Positions 29,578 through 39,970 are shown, counted from the stretch's first letter. The stretch: DNA of 64,000 nt from Candidatus Enterousia sp. (GCA_045592905.1 JAZNVR010000020.1:3471-67470), one strand, 5' to 3'. Notes: generated from the sequence alone by a model not told the origin. Made by a program: numbers and translations.

Positions 29578-31428
29578 GTGCATATGGCAACATTTGAATC
29601 CAAAAATTTTATTATTGACTTGGTCAAGCAGTTAAACTTGAACAATATGGATGATGCCACACGTGCCAGACTGGACGACTTGCAAAAAAAGGGACTTGCA
29701 ACAAAAAAGCAAATGGAATGGAACCCCCGGAGTCCTGATGACCCCAGGGGCCTTGTACCGACAATTACAGAAAACGACGGCACAAATTATACATATAACG
29801 GCGAACCTGTGGCCGGTGGCAACGAACCAAAGGTTAACGATTTAGAGGAACTGTATAAAAAAATAATTGTTATCCTGCGTGAGATAGAAGCAGACAGTGA
29901 CCTGAAAGAAAACGAGCCAACAAAAAAGTTTTTAGAAACTTTTTATGGTTCGGGTCTGGCCGTAGGAAAATTTGAAATAGAACCATTGCCTGATCCAAAC
30001 GCAGAGAAAATCGCAGAATATATTGATTCAAATCTAGATGACTATACAAACTTCTTTAATGGGGAAATAAAAGAAAAAGATTTAAAATCACTGGTTGAAA
30101 AATTAAAAGACGGCAAATATGTATCTGATACAAAAGCATTAAAAACACTGGATAAATTTTTAGAAAAAATTAACTATTACTATCAATGGGATAACAGCCG
30201 ACCATTACCGACCAAAGATTTACCTGATTTTTTAGGTACAGAAGAAGAAGTTGATGGTGTTAAGTATGCAGCATTAGACGTTAAAGGAATTACCGATTTA
30301 CGCAAGAAAATAGACTCCCCAAAAATACCAGACGACTTAAGTAATTTTGACAAAGGCTTACCGGACTTATTGGATCAACTGGTAAAAAAAGAGAAATTAT
30401 TTGAAAAATTTGCAAGTAAGGATGCAGAAGGCAGTATTTCTAAATGGATTACCAAGGGTATTAATGAAACCAACTATAAAACTGGTGATCATGCACTGAC
30501 GCCAAAGTATAAAGACCGCAAACAATTTTGGGATAATGCCAAGGATAAAATAAACGAATGGTATGTTAATACACTGGGAAAACTGGAACAAAAGCACGCA
30601 CGACATATATACCAAACAAAAGCACGGCATATTGTCGCAGAACTGATAAAAAAGGGCGTAAAACCAACAGACGGCACTGGAAAAATACTGGAAACACTGG
30701 ATGCAATACGCGGCGATTTACCAAACCCAGTACAAAAGCAGTTGGACTGGATAAAGGACACATTGACGCCAATGTCAAAAACCGACTTCTTTAAAGATGC
30801 GTTACGTGATGGTGACCAAATGAACGTATTGGTTTCTGAAATAATCAAGGCAGCCGCACACGATGACAAAGAAGAGGAAGCCATGGTCGCACTGGAAATG
30901 CTGGCGGTAATGCGGTATACAATGTTTACATCATCTGTTCGTGACCAATTGAAAAAAACTGAATTCAAATTATTATCTGATGGGAACTTGTCGTTTAACA
31001 AGGGAAATAAATTTATGCAATCATTAACCAAGGCACTGGACAACACATTAAAGTTCGGTATGATGGCTGCGTTTGAAATTGGAAATTTGGCAAAAAACGC
31101 AATAAAACAACAAGGATTAAGATTTGGTAAAGGTAAAGAATCCCTGGATGAACGTATTTCAAAGAGTAATGAATATACAGATAAAGATAAACAAAAAATG
31201 ATTGAACGACTGATGGGATTTTGGAACGAGGTTAATTCATCTGCAAACACCAAGGATTATAACATATTTATATATCATAACAAAAAACAAGAGCAGGCTG
31301 ATAAAGAAAACACCGGAGAAGTTGAGGTTAAATTGGCTGGCGAACCAACCAAGTTAACACATGAAACCAACCAACAACAAATATATCTGGAATATCTGAA
31401 AAACAATAACATTGGACGTGAAGCTTGA
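29578..31428 (+). CDS. Large helical hypothetical protein
   Basis: 616-aa ORF with upstream TTGATT/TATAAT-like signals; no motif recognised. Confidence 0.7.
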   Translation: MHMATFESKNFIIDLVKQLNLNNMDDATRARLDDLQKKGLATKKQMEWNPRSPDDPRGLVPTITENDGTNYTYNGEPVAGGNEPKVNDLEELYKKIIVILREIEADSDLKENEPTKKFLETFYGSGLAVGKFEIEPLPDPNAEKIAEYIDSNLDDYTNFFNGEIKEKDLKSLVEKLKDGKYVSDTKALKTLDKFLEKINYYYQWDNSRPLPTKDLPDFLGTEEEVDGVKYAALDVKGITDLRKKIDSPKIPDDLSNFDKGLPDLLDQLVKKEKLFEKFASKDAEGSISKWITKGINETNYKTGDHALTPKYKDRKQFWDNAKDKINEWYVNTLGKLEQKHARHIYQTKARHIVAELIKKGVKPTDGTGKILETLDAIRGDLPNPVQKQLDWIKDTLTPMSKTDFFKDALRDGDQMNVLVSEIIKAAAHDDKEEEAMVALEMLAVMRYTMFTSSVRDQLKKTEFKLLSDGNLSFNKGNKFMQSLTKALDNTLKFGMMAAFEIGNLAKNAIKQQGLRFGKGKESLDERISKSNEYTDKDKQKMIERLMGFWNEVNSSANTKDYNIFIYHNKKQEQADKENTGEVEVKLAGEPTKLTHETNQQQIYLEYLKNNNIGREA

Positions 31429-31530
31429 TTTTTTTGTCGATTTGTGGTATAATATAGGCATGCGTCACTGGTCAACAGTGGCGTTTGTTTTTTTACCCCT
31501 GCCCCATTGTTGGTGGTGGGGACTTTTTTT
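31425..31530 (+). promoter_or_regulatory. Sigma70 promoter followed by a two-terminator leader
   Basis: TTGATT-17-TATAAT; gcgtcactg-gtcaa-cagtggcgt+U run; cccca...tgggg-ac-U7. Confidence 0.72.
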
Positions 31531-31561
31531 AGCTAAAACAATTAACATAAAAGGATAAAAT

Positions 31562-32128
31562 ATGACACGTGTTTTACAAATTAGACGTGGCACAGCCGCA
31601 CAACATGAAAACTTTGTCGGAATGCCCGGCGAAATCACAATGGATACAGATAATAAAAACATTCGCCTGCATGATGGGCAAACGTTGGGCGGATTCATAA
31701 TTGGTGGTGGTAACAGCACAGGCAATAATGAATTTGATATCACAACTGTACCAGATGAATTCTGGGCACACACTGTCGCAAAACATACGCCTGCACCATT
31801 TACAGTAATAGAAACAGAACCAATGACACCAAACAGTAACGCTGCTGGCCTGGATTATATTATTGGCGGAAATGAAAAACCTGTATTTATCCAAACTGTG
31901 CTGGTATGCCAAATTCCACAAGCAGGATATAACATTAATGATGAAGTATGGTGCTGGGGCATTGGAAATCGTGCAAACCCAAATCCAACACCTGTATATG
32001 ATACAGACGGATTGCACATCAGACTGATGACAAATAATGAAAAATTTTGGGTAAATAATAAAAATACAGGTACACAATCAGAAATTACCGATACTAATTG
32101 GTCAATTTTATTCCGAGTTTACTGTTGA
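31562..32128 (+). CDS. Phage tail-fibre/receptor protein with Mtd_N-type (major tropism determinant N-terminal) domain
   Basis: LQIRRGTAAQHENFVG.PGEITMDTDNKNIRLHDGQTLGG. Confidence 0.75.
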   Translation: MTRVLQIRRGTAAQHENFVGMPGEITMDTDNKNIRLHDGQTLGGFIIGGGNSTGNNEFDITTVPDEFWAHTVAKHTPAPFTVIETEPMTPNSNAAGLDYIIGGNEKPVFIQTVLVCQIPQAGYNINDEVWCWGIGNRANPNPTPVYDTDGLHIRLMTNNEKFWVNNKNTGTQSEITDTNWSILFRVYC

Positions 32129-32178
32129 AAATAAAAAATAGCTTTGCTATGCTTGGGACGAAGAAAAAAGGATGGCAT

Positions 32179-33420
32179 ATGTATATACTTGCATTAAATT
32201 GTGGTTCTTCGTCCCTGAAATATCAGGTTTTTGACGCAGAAACAAAAACAGCAGTTGTTGGTGGTAATGTTGAAAAAATCGGTTTGGCTGATTCTTTCTT
32301 GACCCAAAAATACCCGGACGGCACAAAACAAAAGAAAGTCGTTTCAATGCAAAATCATGACGAAGCACTGAATAATGTTTTGATGATGTTGCGTGAGGCA
32401 TCAATTGACTTGAATGAAATCAAGGGTGTTGGTCATCGTGTTGTTATGGGGGGCGATAAATTCGCATCTTCGGTTGAAATCACAGATGAAGTTATTAAAA
32501 CAATTGATAAATTGTCACCATTGGCACCATTACACAATCCACCTGCACTGCGTGGAATTATGACTGCACAACAGTTGTTACCAAACGCAAAACAGGTTGC
32601 AGTGTTTGATACAGCGTTCCATCAAACAATGCCAGATTATGCATATCGCTATGCGGTTCCAATGGCATGGTACACACAACTGGGTGTACGTCGTTATGGT
32701 TTCCATGGAACCAGCCATTTGTATGTATCAAAACGTGCGGCAAAAATGCTGGGCAAGGATGCCAAAGATTGCAACTTTATCACAATGCACATTGGTTCTG
32801 GGGCATCTGCGACTGCAATTCGCAACGGTATTTCTGTTGATACATCTTTGGGTATGACACCATTGGCAGGTCTGACCATGGGAACACGCCCAGGTGATTT
32901 GGACCCTGGTGTTGTTCTGTATGTTATGGAACAGTTGCAATTAACACCTGCACAGATGCAAACACACCTTAGCAAGGATTCTGGATTAAAGGGTATCACA
33001 GAATGTTTCGTTGACCGTCGTGATGTAGAAGAAAATAAATCTACGAATGACTTGTGTCGCTTGGCCATTGATACAGAAGTTCACAATGTAAAAAAATACA
33101 TTGGTGCATATATGGCAGAACTGGGGCATGTTGACGCAATTATCTTTACCGCAGGCGTTGGTGAAAACGATGATTACCTGCGTGAAAAATTCTGCAGTGG
33201 ACTGGAAGAATTGGGTATCAAACTGGACGTTGAAAAGAATGCTAAATCATTGGCACGTTTGGGCGTTGAAGAAACAGAAATCAGTACCCCAGACAGCAAA
33301 GTCAAGGTATTTATGATTCCAACAAACGAAGAATTGGTTATCGTTGAAGATACATTGGCAATAATGAATGGTACATATAATCCAAATCACTTGGAAATGG
33401 ATTACAGTTTTTCTAAATAA
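32179..33420 (+). CDS. ackA: Acetate kinase
   Basis: LNCGSSSLKYQ, GHRVV, APLHNP, VFDTAFHQT, RRYGFHGTSH, FTAGVGEN, IPTNEE. Confidence 0.97.
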   Translation: MYILALNCGSSSLKYQVFDAETKTAVVGGNVEKIGLADSFLTQKYPDGTKQKKVVSMQNHDEALNNVLMMLREASIDLNEIKGVGHRVVMGGDKFASSVEITDEVIKTIDKLSPLAPLHNPPALRGIMTAQQLLPNAKQVAVFDTAFHQTMPDYAYRYAVPMAWYTQLGVRRYGFHGTSHLYVSKRAAKMLGKDAKDCNFITMHIGSGASATAIRNGISVDTSLGMTPLAGLTMGTRPGDLDPGVVLYVMEQLQLTPAQMQTHLSKDSGLKGITECFVDRRDVEENKSTNDLCRLAIDTEVHNVKKYIGAYMAELGHVDAIIFTAGVGENDDYLREKFCSGLEELGIKLDVEKNAKSLARLGVEETEISTPDSKVKVFMIPTNEELVIVEDTLAIMNGTYNPNHLEMDYSFSK

Positions 33421-33424
33421 GAAC

Positions 33425-33449
33425 ATCCCCCGTTTGGGGGATTTTTTTT
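33425..33449 (+). terminator. Terminator, copy of the ATCCCCCGTTTGGGGGAT palindrome family
   Basis: Hairpin plus T run after the ackA stop. Confidence 0.8.
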
Positions 33450-33518
33450 ACTGATATATATTGAATTTATAAAAATCGTACACTACAATATAGTTATAAT
33501 AAAACAAAGGATTTAATC

Positions 33519-34058
33519 ATGTGGACAACTGTTGCTGTTATCGCTGTATTTTTATTGTATTTTATCGCTGTTTATAATGGTCTGATTGCACGTCGTAACC
33601 AGGTACGTGAAGCATGGGCAACAATTGATACACAACTAAAACGCAGATATGATTTAATTCCTAACTTAATTGAAACAGTTCGTGGTGCCGCAAAACACGA
33701 AAAAGAAACTTTGACCGAACTGACCGCAGCACGCACAATGGCAATGAATGAATCTGGTCCAAGCAGTGCAAATGCACAAAATAAAATTTCACAAACATTA
33801 AAAAGTCTGTTTGCTGTTGCAGAAAATTATCCTGAATTAAAGGCAAATCAAAACTTCTTGGAATTACAACAAGAATTAAGCGATACAGAAACAAAAATTC
33901 AATCTGCACGTCAATTCTATAATACTGTTGTTATGGGATTAAATACACAAATTGAACAATTCCCATCTAATATCATCGCAAATATATTTGGTATAAAACC
34001 AGAAAAAATGTTTGAAATAGAAAATTCAGAAAAAGTCGCACCAAAGGTTGAATTCTAA
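33519..34058 (+). CDS. lemA: LemA family protein
   Basis: N-terminal TM; YNGL..RN.V.EAW..ID.QLKRRYDLIPNL, ENYPELKAN, FPSNIIA. Confidence 0.95.
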   Translation: MWTTVAVIAVFLLYFIAVYNGLIARRNQVREAWATIDTQLKRRYDLIPNLIETVRGAAKHEKETLTELTAARTMAMNESGPSSANAQNKISQTLKSLFAVAENYPELKANQNFLELQQELSDTETKIQSARQFYNTVVMGLNTQIEQFPSNIIANIFGIKPEKMFEIENSEKVAPKVEF

Positions 34059-34064
34059 AAAAAA

Positions 34065-34904
34065 ATGACACAAGATTTTATATTACACACCCATACAATC
34101 GGATTTGATGGTAAAAATCATGAACAAGAAATGATAAATGCCGCAAAACAACATGGCATAAAAACAATCGGATTTTCTAATCACTTTATTGTACATCCTG
34201 ATATTTATAAAACTGATTTTTATCCACATGCAGTACTGGGTGGATACGGACGTATGTATAACAAAGACTTTACAACAGCCATTAATAAATTCTTGGAACA
34301 TTATAATACATTAGACGAAATGAATATAAAATACAGCCCATATAATATAAAAGTATTACATGGTATGGAACTGGACTTGTTTAATAACAGACGTTGGTAT
34401 AATGGATATGCACATGCAATAAAAAAATTGAATCCTGATTATGTTATTGGGGCATGCCACTTTATTGAATACGGTGGGAAAGTTTGCAATATACACGATA
34501 TAAAAAAAGCATCCCCAGATATTCAAGATAAAATGATAAAAACATATTGGGAAAAAATTCAATGGATTGCAAAGTCTGGTTTATGTAATTTTATGGCTCA
34601 TCTTGACTTGCCCGCACGTGTAAATCTGGGCGGGGATGAAAAATGGACAGATATAGAACAAAAAACAATTGATATAATTGCAGATTGTAAAATTCCTGTG
34701 GAAATAAATACAGCGTTATACAAGTACAATGGACAACCACACCCTTTGCCACGAATTATGCAAATGTGTGCAGACAAACAAATACCGATGTTTCTATCTG
34801 ATGATGCACATCATGTCAGCCAAATATGCAGAAATTTTGACAATGCAAAAAAATACGCAGATAGTTTTGGAATCAAATTGATTGGATTGGACAAGATAAT
34901 TTAA
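34065..34904 (+). CDS. PHP-domain phosphoesterase (histidinol-phosphatase HisJ-like)
   Basis: LHTHT, GFSNH, GMELD, IGACH, AHLD, EINT, SDDAH. Confidence 0.85.
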   Translation: MTQDFILHTHTIGFDGKNHEQEMINAAKQHGIKTIGFSNHFIVHPDIYKTDFYPHAVLGGYGRMYNKDFTTAINKFLEHYNTLDEMNIKYSPYNIKVLHGMELDLFNNRRWYNGYAHAIKKLNPDYVIGACHFIEYGGKVCNIHDIKKASPDIQDKMIKTYWEKIQWIAKSGLCNFMAHLDLPARVNLGGDEKWTDIEQKTIDIIADCKIPVEINTALYKYNGQPHPLPRIMQMCADKQIPMFLSDDAHHVSQICRNFDNAKKYADSFGIKLIGLDKII

Positions 34905-35812
34905 TCATTTGCACGTGGGTGTGCATTGGCATAAATATTTGTAATTTCTGCCATATTTACCTTGGTGTATAATTGCGTTGTTGACAGGGACGCATGTCCC
35001 AACAATTCTTGCAGACTGCGTAAATCTGCCCCGCCTGCCAATAATGCTGTAGCAAATGTATGACGCAATGCATGTGGTGTTACATAATCTGGCAACTGTA
35101 AATAATGACGCAAGTTTTCAATAACTTTTTGTGCCATACGGGGCGACATCGGCAGACCACGCACACTGCGAAACAGTTCATCCATCGCATCATTTCCAAA
35201 TGGTCGCACATGAATATATCTTTCAATCGCATCCCATACCACAGGTAATACAGGCACCAATCTTTCTTTGTTACCCTTACCAACAATTCTTAGCACTTCT
35301 GGGCGACCACGAACATCCATATTACGCAAAGCCAACGCTTCGGATATACGCAATCCACAACCAAACAACAACACAACCAATGCCCAATCACGTGCCGCCA
35401 ACCATGGTTCACCACCATCAATATCACGAATGGCACCACGCATATGTTCAACATCAATAGGATCAATTGCCTTAGATAACTTTCGTGGAACCTTGGGCGA
35501 AGATATTAACCCAATGGCATCATTTTTTACATTGTAATTGCGTGCCAAGAATTTATAAAAACCACGTAATGATGATAACGCACGTGCCGTTGATTTATGC
35601 GACAGACCACGTCGCTGGCGGTTGGCCAAATACGAACGAAAACATAATGTATCAGGACGCGACATATCTGCAACAAATGGTGGTGTGCCCAAGAATTCCT
35701 GATAAAACGATAAAAAGTCGTGAATATCCGCATCATATGCCGTTGCAGTATGTGACGAATAATTCTTCGTCTGGATTAAATAGTCAATAAATTCAACAAC
35801 AACTTCGTTCAA
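34901..35812 (-). CDS. xerC: Chromosomal tyrosine recombinase XerC
   Basis: S.HT..AY..D, ARALSSLRGF, ARD..L..L.GCGLRISE, GKGNKER, TPHALRHTFAT.LL..GADLRSLQELLGHASLSTTQLY. Confidence 0.9.
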   Translation of the reverse strand: MNEVVVEFIDYLIQTKNYSSHTATAYDADIHDFLSFYQEFLGTPPFVADMSRPDTLCFRSYLANRQRRGLSHKSTARALSSLRGFYKFLARNYNVKNDAIGLISSPKVPRKLSKAIDPIDVEHMRGAIRDIDGGEPWLAARDWALVVLLFGCGLRISEALALRNMDVRGRPEVLRIVGKGNKERLVPVLPVVWDAIERYIHVRPFGNDAMDELFRSVRGLPMSPRMAQKVIENLRHYLQLPDYVTPHALRHTFATALLAGGADLRSLQELLGHASLSTTQLYTKVNMAEITNIYANAHPRAND

Positions 35813-35821
35813 GAATTTTCC

Positions 35822-36553
35822 TTATTTAATTTCATAAACCGCAGAAACAGATACAGTTACATCTGTATCACGCGTCATAATTGTACCAGATGCACTGTCC
35901 GCTGCAGATGCGGTCACCATTTTTGTTCGCAACAAACCATTTGTCGGAACAACAGAATTATTGGCATTTGTATCATACGATACAGATATCAGTCGCCCTG
36001 CCCGTTTGTTGTCACCGGATGCCAATGCATTCGCACGAACACGTGAATTTTCCACAGCAACAGATAAACATTGTTCCATAATCGGCTTTAACACTTCTGG
36101 ACTGGTGTACATACGCAGATTTTCAGAATACACATTTGGTTTATTTGCAAACTGGGATAATATTTGCTCAATTTCTTCAACGCTGTTTGCAGAAACTTCA
36201 ACTGCAATAGTTGTTTCTATTCCCAACACAACAGATTTTTGTTCGTCACGATTCCATTCTGATTTTTCATATGAATTAAACTGGGTTGTCTGTAATTGCA
36301 CAGACAATGCCTTCAAATATTCTGTGATTTCTGCCATTTGGGCGGTTGCATCACGCATTGATTGTGATGCAGTATCTGCCAACGCAGTTACACGCAATGT
36401 AATTGCAGTCTTGTCACGTGGTGCCGTTGTTAGGCATTCACCACTGACAGATATTGTACGCAGGCTGGCAGCACGATTATCTAAACAGCAAAACAACCCA
36501 CCCAACAATGCCACGCCAACAGCACTTGCAAAAATCACAGGTATTTTTTTCAT
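35822..36553 (-). CDS. SIMPL/DUF541 family periplasmic protein
   Basis: N-terminal anchor; TISVSGE....RD...ITL; AV.N...RA..LA; ends VSVSAVYEI. Confidence 0.8.
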   Translation of the reverse strand: MKKIPVIFASAVGVALLGGLFCCLDNRAASLRTISVSGECLTTAPRDKTAITLRVTALADTASQSMRDATAQMAEITEYLKALSVQLQTTQFNSYEKSEWNRDEQKSVVLGIETTIAVEVSANSVEEIEQILSQFANKPNVYSENLRMYTSPEVLKPIMEQCLSVAVENSRVRANALASGDNKRAGRLISVSYDTNANNSVVPTNGLLRTKMVTASAADSASGTIMTRDTDVTVSVSAVYEIK

Positions 36554-36574
36554 ATTCTCTCTCCTATAAATTAA

Positions 36575-37573
36575 TTAACCCAGCATAGCACGTTTTACCC
36601 GCATCAATGTTTCAGACGCAACAGGTTTAGCACGCAGGGCACCCTGTTGCAAAATCTGTTCAATTTCATCAGGATTTGACATCAGGCGTTCGTATTCCAT
36701 ACGTGCATCGGCCAACACAGAATTTACTTTTTCAAATAAAATTGTTTTGGCAGTGCCGTACCCCATGCCACCACGACGAAACATTTCTGCAAATTCTGCA
36801 ATTTCAGATTCAGACGCAAAGTGTTTATACAACTGATAAATTGTAGATTCATCAGGATTTTTAACCTCTTCCGGGGTTTTGGAATCTGTGATGATACGCA
36901 TAATCTTCTTTTTCAGTTCTTTTTCTGGTGCCATCAATGGAATTGTGTTGTCATAAGATTTGCTCATCTTTCTGCCGTCCAAACCGGGGATTAAACCTGT
37001 ATCACGCCCAATCACAGGGGTTGGCAACTTGAACACATTGCCGTACAGATGATTAAAATATCCTGCGATATCACGTGCAAATTCAACATGCTGTTTCTGG
37101 TCTGCACCAACCGGCACAATATCAGAATTATACAACAATATATCCGCAGTCATTAAAATCGGATATGTATACAGCCCCATATTTACACCTGCATCAATAT
37201 CGTCCCCAGATGCAATATTTTTATCCATCGCAGCCTTGTACGAATGGGCACGATTCATCAACCCCTTTGGTGTCACATTCATCAGCAATGTATTTAATTG
37301 ATATATTTCGTCAATATCAGACTGACGAAATAATATTGCATTTTCCAAATTCAGCCCCAATGAAATCAGCAGGGCTGCCGCCTGATAAGTATGTTCGCGT
37401 ATTACTTTTGCATCGTGAATACTATTTAGCGCGTGCAAATCAGCGATAAACATAAAAGTTTTTTGTGTTTGCGATGCGGCAATTGCAGGTTTTAGGGCTG
37501 CAATATAATTACCAAAATGTGGCATGCCTGTTGGTTGAATGCCTGTTAAAACAATTTTTTCTGTACTTGACAT
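36575..37573 (-). CDS. trpS: Tryptophan--tRNA ligase
   Basis: TGIQPTG.PHFGNY, YPILMTADIL, VPVGADQKQH, KMSKS. Confidence 0.97.
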   Translation of the reverse strand: MSSTEKIVLTGIQPTGMPHFGNYIAALKPAIAASQTQKTFMFIADLHALNSIHDAKVIREHTYQAAALLISLGLNLENAILFRQSDIDEIYQLNTLLMNVTPKGLMNRAHSYKAAMDKNIASGDDIDAGVNMGLYTYPILMTADILLYNSDIVPVGADQKQHVEFARDIAGYFNHLYGNVFKLPTPVIGRDTGLIPGLDGRKMSKSYDNTIPLMAPEKELKKKIMRIITDSKTPEEVKNPDESTIYQLYKHFASESEIAEFAEMFRRGGMGYGTAKTILFEKVNSVLADARMEYERLMSNPDEIEQILQQGALRAKPVASETLMRVKRAMLG

Positions 37574-37619
37574 AATAATTACCTTTTCTTGTGTTTAATT
37601 TTAATGAATTTTTGCTAAA

Positions 37620-37748
37620 AATGAAAGCCCAAAATAAAGTGGGGCATAAAAACAGTTCAGGCGACAATGCGCCAACATTTGTTTACAGAAAAGATAAATG
37701 TATTTTTTAACATATGTTTATTATAAGACACAAAAAGCAAACTTGCAA
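37620..37748 (-). promoter_or_regulatory. trpS promoter and putative Trp leader peptide MLKNTFIFSVNKCWRIVA (37657-37713)
   Basis: TTGCAA-17-TATAAT; 18-codon uORF with a WR motif, followed by a weak GC hairpin and U-rich tract. Confidence 0.55.
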
Positions 37749-37796
37749 TAAAAATCCCCCGTTTGGGGGATTTTTATGATATAATGACATATAAAT

Positions 37797-39521
37797 ATGG
37801 GGGATAAAATGGCAAAAAATATGTATGAAGTTATTAAAAAACAAAATGGAGAACATTTTGCCAAGGCAATTCGCAACTATGACAACGGTATTTTTGATAT
37901 CCCAAACATTGATAAAATTGTGAAATATGCGGGCCGTGATGCAGAACCAATTTTAAATTATCTGATATCATTAAAAGACATTACAATCGAAGAATATGGC
38001 GTACATATGGATCCAATCACACTGTTGGACAAGGCTGGTTATAACGCATATATTGCAGATACATTGGAAAAACAAAACGCAATCAAAAAATATTTTGCAC
38101 ATAGCGAAGAATTATGCACTTTCCGCGACCCGTTCAGATTTCAGCGTTACCACATTATAAATGCAGTGCGTAAAGATGTTGATAAAATCAAACGCGGCAA
38201 TCCACCGCAACGCGATGATGAATATGGTACATCCGTTATTTCAATTCAGATTTTAAAAACCGGTGGTTTTATTAGTATCAAAAACAGATATAATCACACT
38301 GTAGATAACTGTGACAATACATTAAATTCAAATCCTGACAACATTATTAAAGGCCTGTCCGATGCAATCAGGCATCACTTTGACGTTGATTTTTCATCAC
38401 AAAAAACTCAATTACCAGACGGATATGTATTGATTGGCAAACAAATATGCAAATATGATTACGAACTTAATAACGTATATTTTAGCAACGGATTCTATAT
38501 CAAAGACGGAAATGTAATTGAAATTAACCACGATTCTCAGTTAATGCTGGGCGGGGGAAATCTGTATGATAATAAACGCAGGGCAGTGATTGATTTGACT
38601 GACGAAGGTTTTCCAATGTTTGATAGTGTAATTTTAAAAGATAAAAAATTACTTATTATAAAAAATGAAGACGGTTCTAAATCATTAACTGCAGATGGCG
38701 AAACAATATTTTCTGTCAAAGACGGCCACATATTCTATCTGAATCCGAAGGATTCAATGACTGTTATATTGCGTGGTGCAACACTGCGTGGCGATTTAGA
38801 TTTCAGTCACGTAAACTATCTGGATGCAACAGGTGCAGATTTTAGCATGGCAACCAGTTTAAAAATGCCAACTGATGGCAAAGATGTACGACTGGGGACT
38901 GCAATACTGCCTGTGTGTGATTTGGATTTTAGCGGCACAGAAAAACTTGATTTAGAATACGCAGATTTAAGACATGTAACCAATCTAAAATTTGCACAAC
39001 AACCAGGCACCGCAGAGGTTTTGTTTTCATCAACAAAACTGCCTGTGTGTGATTTGGATTTTAGTAATCTGAACGAACTGAAACTGAATAACATGGATTT
39101 AAGCAAGGCAAAAAATATCAAAATGCCAGCCAATGCAAAGTTAGTCAGTATATCAGGCACAAAATTTCCATCTTGCCATTTAGACGTTAGTGGAGCAGAT
39201 ATCCTGTTTTTGCGTAACGTAGTTTTAAAACATTTACATAGTTTAAAAATGCCGACACACGCAAAATTGATTGATATTTTTAGTGCTTCAATGCCTGTAT
39301 GTGACTTAGATTTCACCAACGTACAAACATTCAGAATAAACGATAGTGACTGCACAAAAGTTTACAGTATAAAATTACCACCCAATGGTATAAAATATAT
39401 AATCAATGCAAAATTTTCGACAGCTATTGAAATGCAATTAGCATCGGAAAGATTAAAAAGACAAAATACAACCCAAGGAAGAACAAATGTCCAAAATCCA
39501 AATGACATTAACGAACGGTAA
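37797..39521 (+). CDS. Hypothetical protein with C-terminal LRR/pentapeptide-like solenoid repeats
   Basis: Repeats of LPVCDLDFS......L...D.S....LKMP at roughly 43-45-aa spacing. Confidence 0.7.
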   Translation: MGDKMAKNMYEVIKKQNGEHFAKAIRNYDNGIFDIPNIDKIVKYAGRDAEPILNYLISLKDITIEEYGVHMDPITLLDKAGYNAYIADTLEKQNAIKKYFAHSEELCTFRDPFRFQRYHIINAVRKDVDKIKRGNPPQRDDEYGTSVISIQILKTGGFISIKNRYNHTVDNCDNTLNSNPDNIIKGLSDAIRHHFDVDFSSQKTQLPDGYVLIGKQICKYDYELNNVYFSNGFYIKDGNVIEINHDSQLMLGGGNLYDNKRRAVIDLTDEGFPMFDSVILKDKKLLIIKNEDGSKSLTADGETIFSVKDGHIFYLNPKDSMTVILRGATLRGDLDFSHVNYLDATGADFSMATSLKMPTDGKDVRLGTAILPVCDLDFSGTEKLDLEYADLRHVTNLKFAQQPGTAEVLFSSTKLPVCDLDFSNLNELKLNNMDLSKAKNIKMPANAKLVSISGTKFPSCHLDVSGADILFLRNVVLKHLHSLKMPTHAKLIDIFSASMPVCDLDFTNVQTFRINDSDCTKVYSIKLPPNGIKYIINAKFSTAIEMQLASERLKRQNTTQGRTNVQNPNDINER

Positions 39522-39945
39522 TGTTATAATTGAAACATTACCAAATGTTGCGCCAAAACATGTTGCAAGAATTATTGAATTGGTAAAATCTGGTTTCTAT
39601 GACGGATTAACATTTCATCGTGTGATTGATGGTTTTATGGCACAGACTGGTTGCCCATTGGGAAATGGTACCGGTGGCAGTGGTGTTAAAATTCCAGCCG
39701 AGTTTTCAAGTGAACATTTTTCACGTGGCACAGTTGGTATGGCACGTGCATTTGATATCAATTCTGCGGATTCACAGTTCTTTATTTGCTTTGATGATTG
39801 CGGTTTTTTGGATGGGAAATATACAGTTTGGGGACGTGTTGTGTCAGGAATGGAACATGTTGATAATATTAAACGAGGCGACGAATTTGATAACGGCCAT
39901 GTTGAAAACCCAGACAAAATTATAAGGATGGAAGTTATCGATTAA
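39487..39945 (+). CDS. Cyclophilin-type peptidyl-prolyl isomerase
   Basis: APKHV, FYDGLTFHRVIDGFMAQTG.P.G.GTGG, GMARA...NSADSQFFI, YTVWGRV. Confidence 0.95.
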   Translation: MSKIQMTLTNGNVIIETLPNVAPKHVARIIELVKSGFYDGLTFHRVIDGFMAQTGCPLGNGTGGSGVKIPAEFSSEHFSRGTVGMARAFDINSADSQFFICFDDCGFLDGKYTVWGRVVSGMEHVDNIKRGDEFDNGHVENPDKIIRMEVID

Positions 39946-39970
39946 AAAATCCCCCAAACGGGGGATTTTT
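39946..39970. terminator. Bidirectional terminator at the end of the virion module
   Basis: aaaatcccccaaacgggggattttt between convergent genes. Confidence 0.8.

Noticed and set aside
31562-32128. Diversity-generating retroelement targeting the Mtd-like gene
   Set aside because: No reverse transcriptase and no TR/VR repeat pair visible in the window
34901-35812. Tyrosine recombinase as the integrase of the virion module
   Set aside because: Length and motifs are those of chromosomal XerC; it follows trpS and the SIMPL gene and is separated from the module by host genes
37743-37785. Palindrome inserted into a plus-strand TTGCAA...TATAAT promoter (removing 14 bp gives a 17-bp spacer)
   Set aside because: TTGCAA is already explained as the -35 of the minus-strand trpS promoter, and the plus-strand TGnTATAAT can work alone
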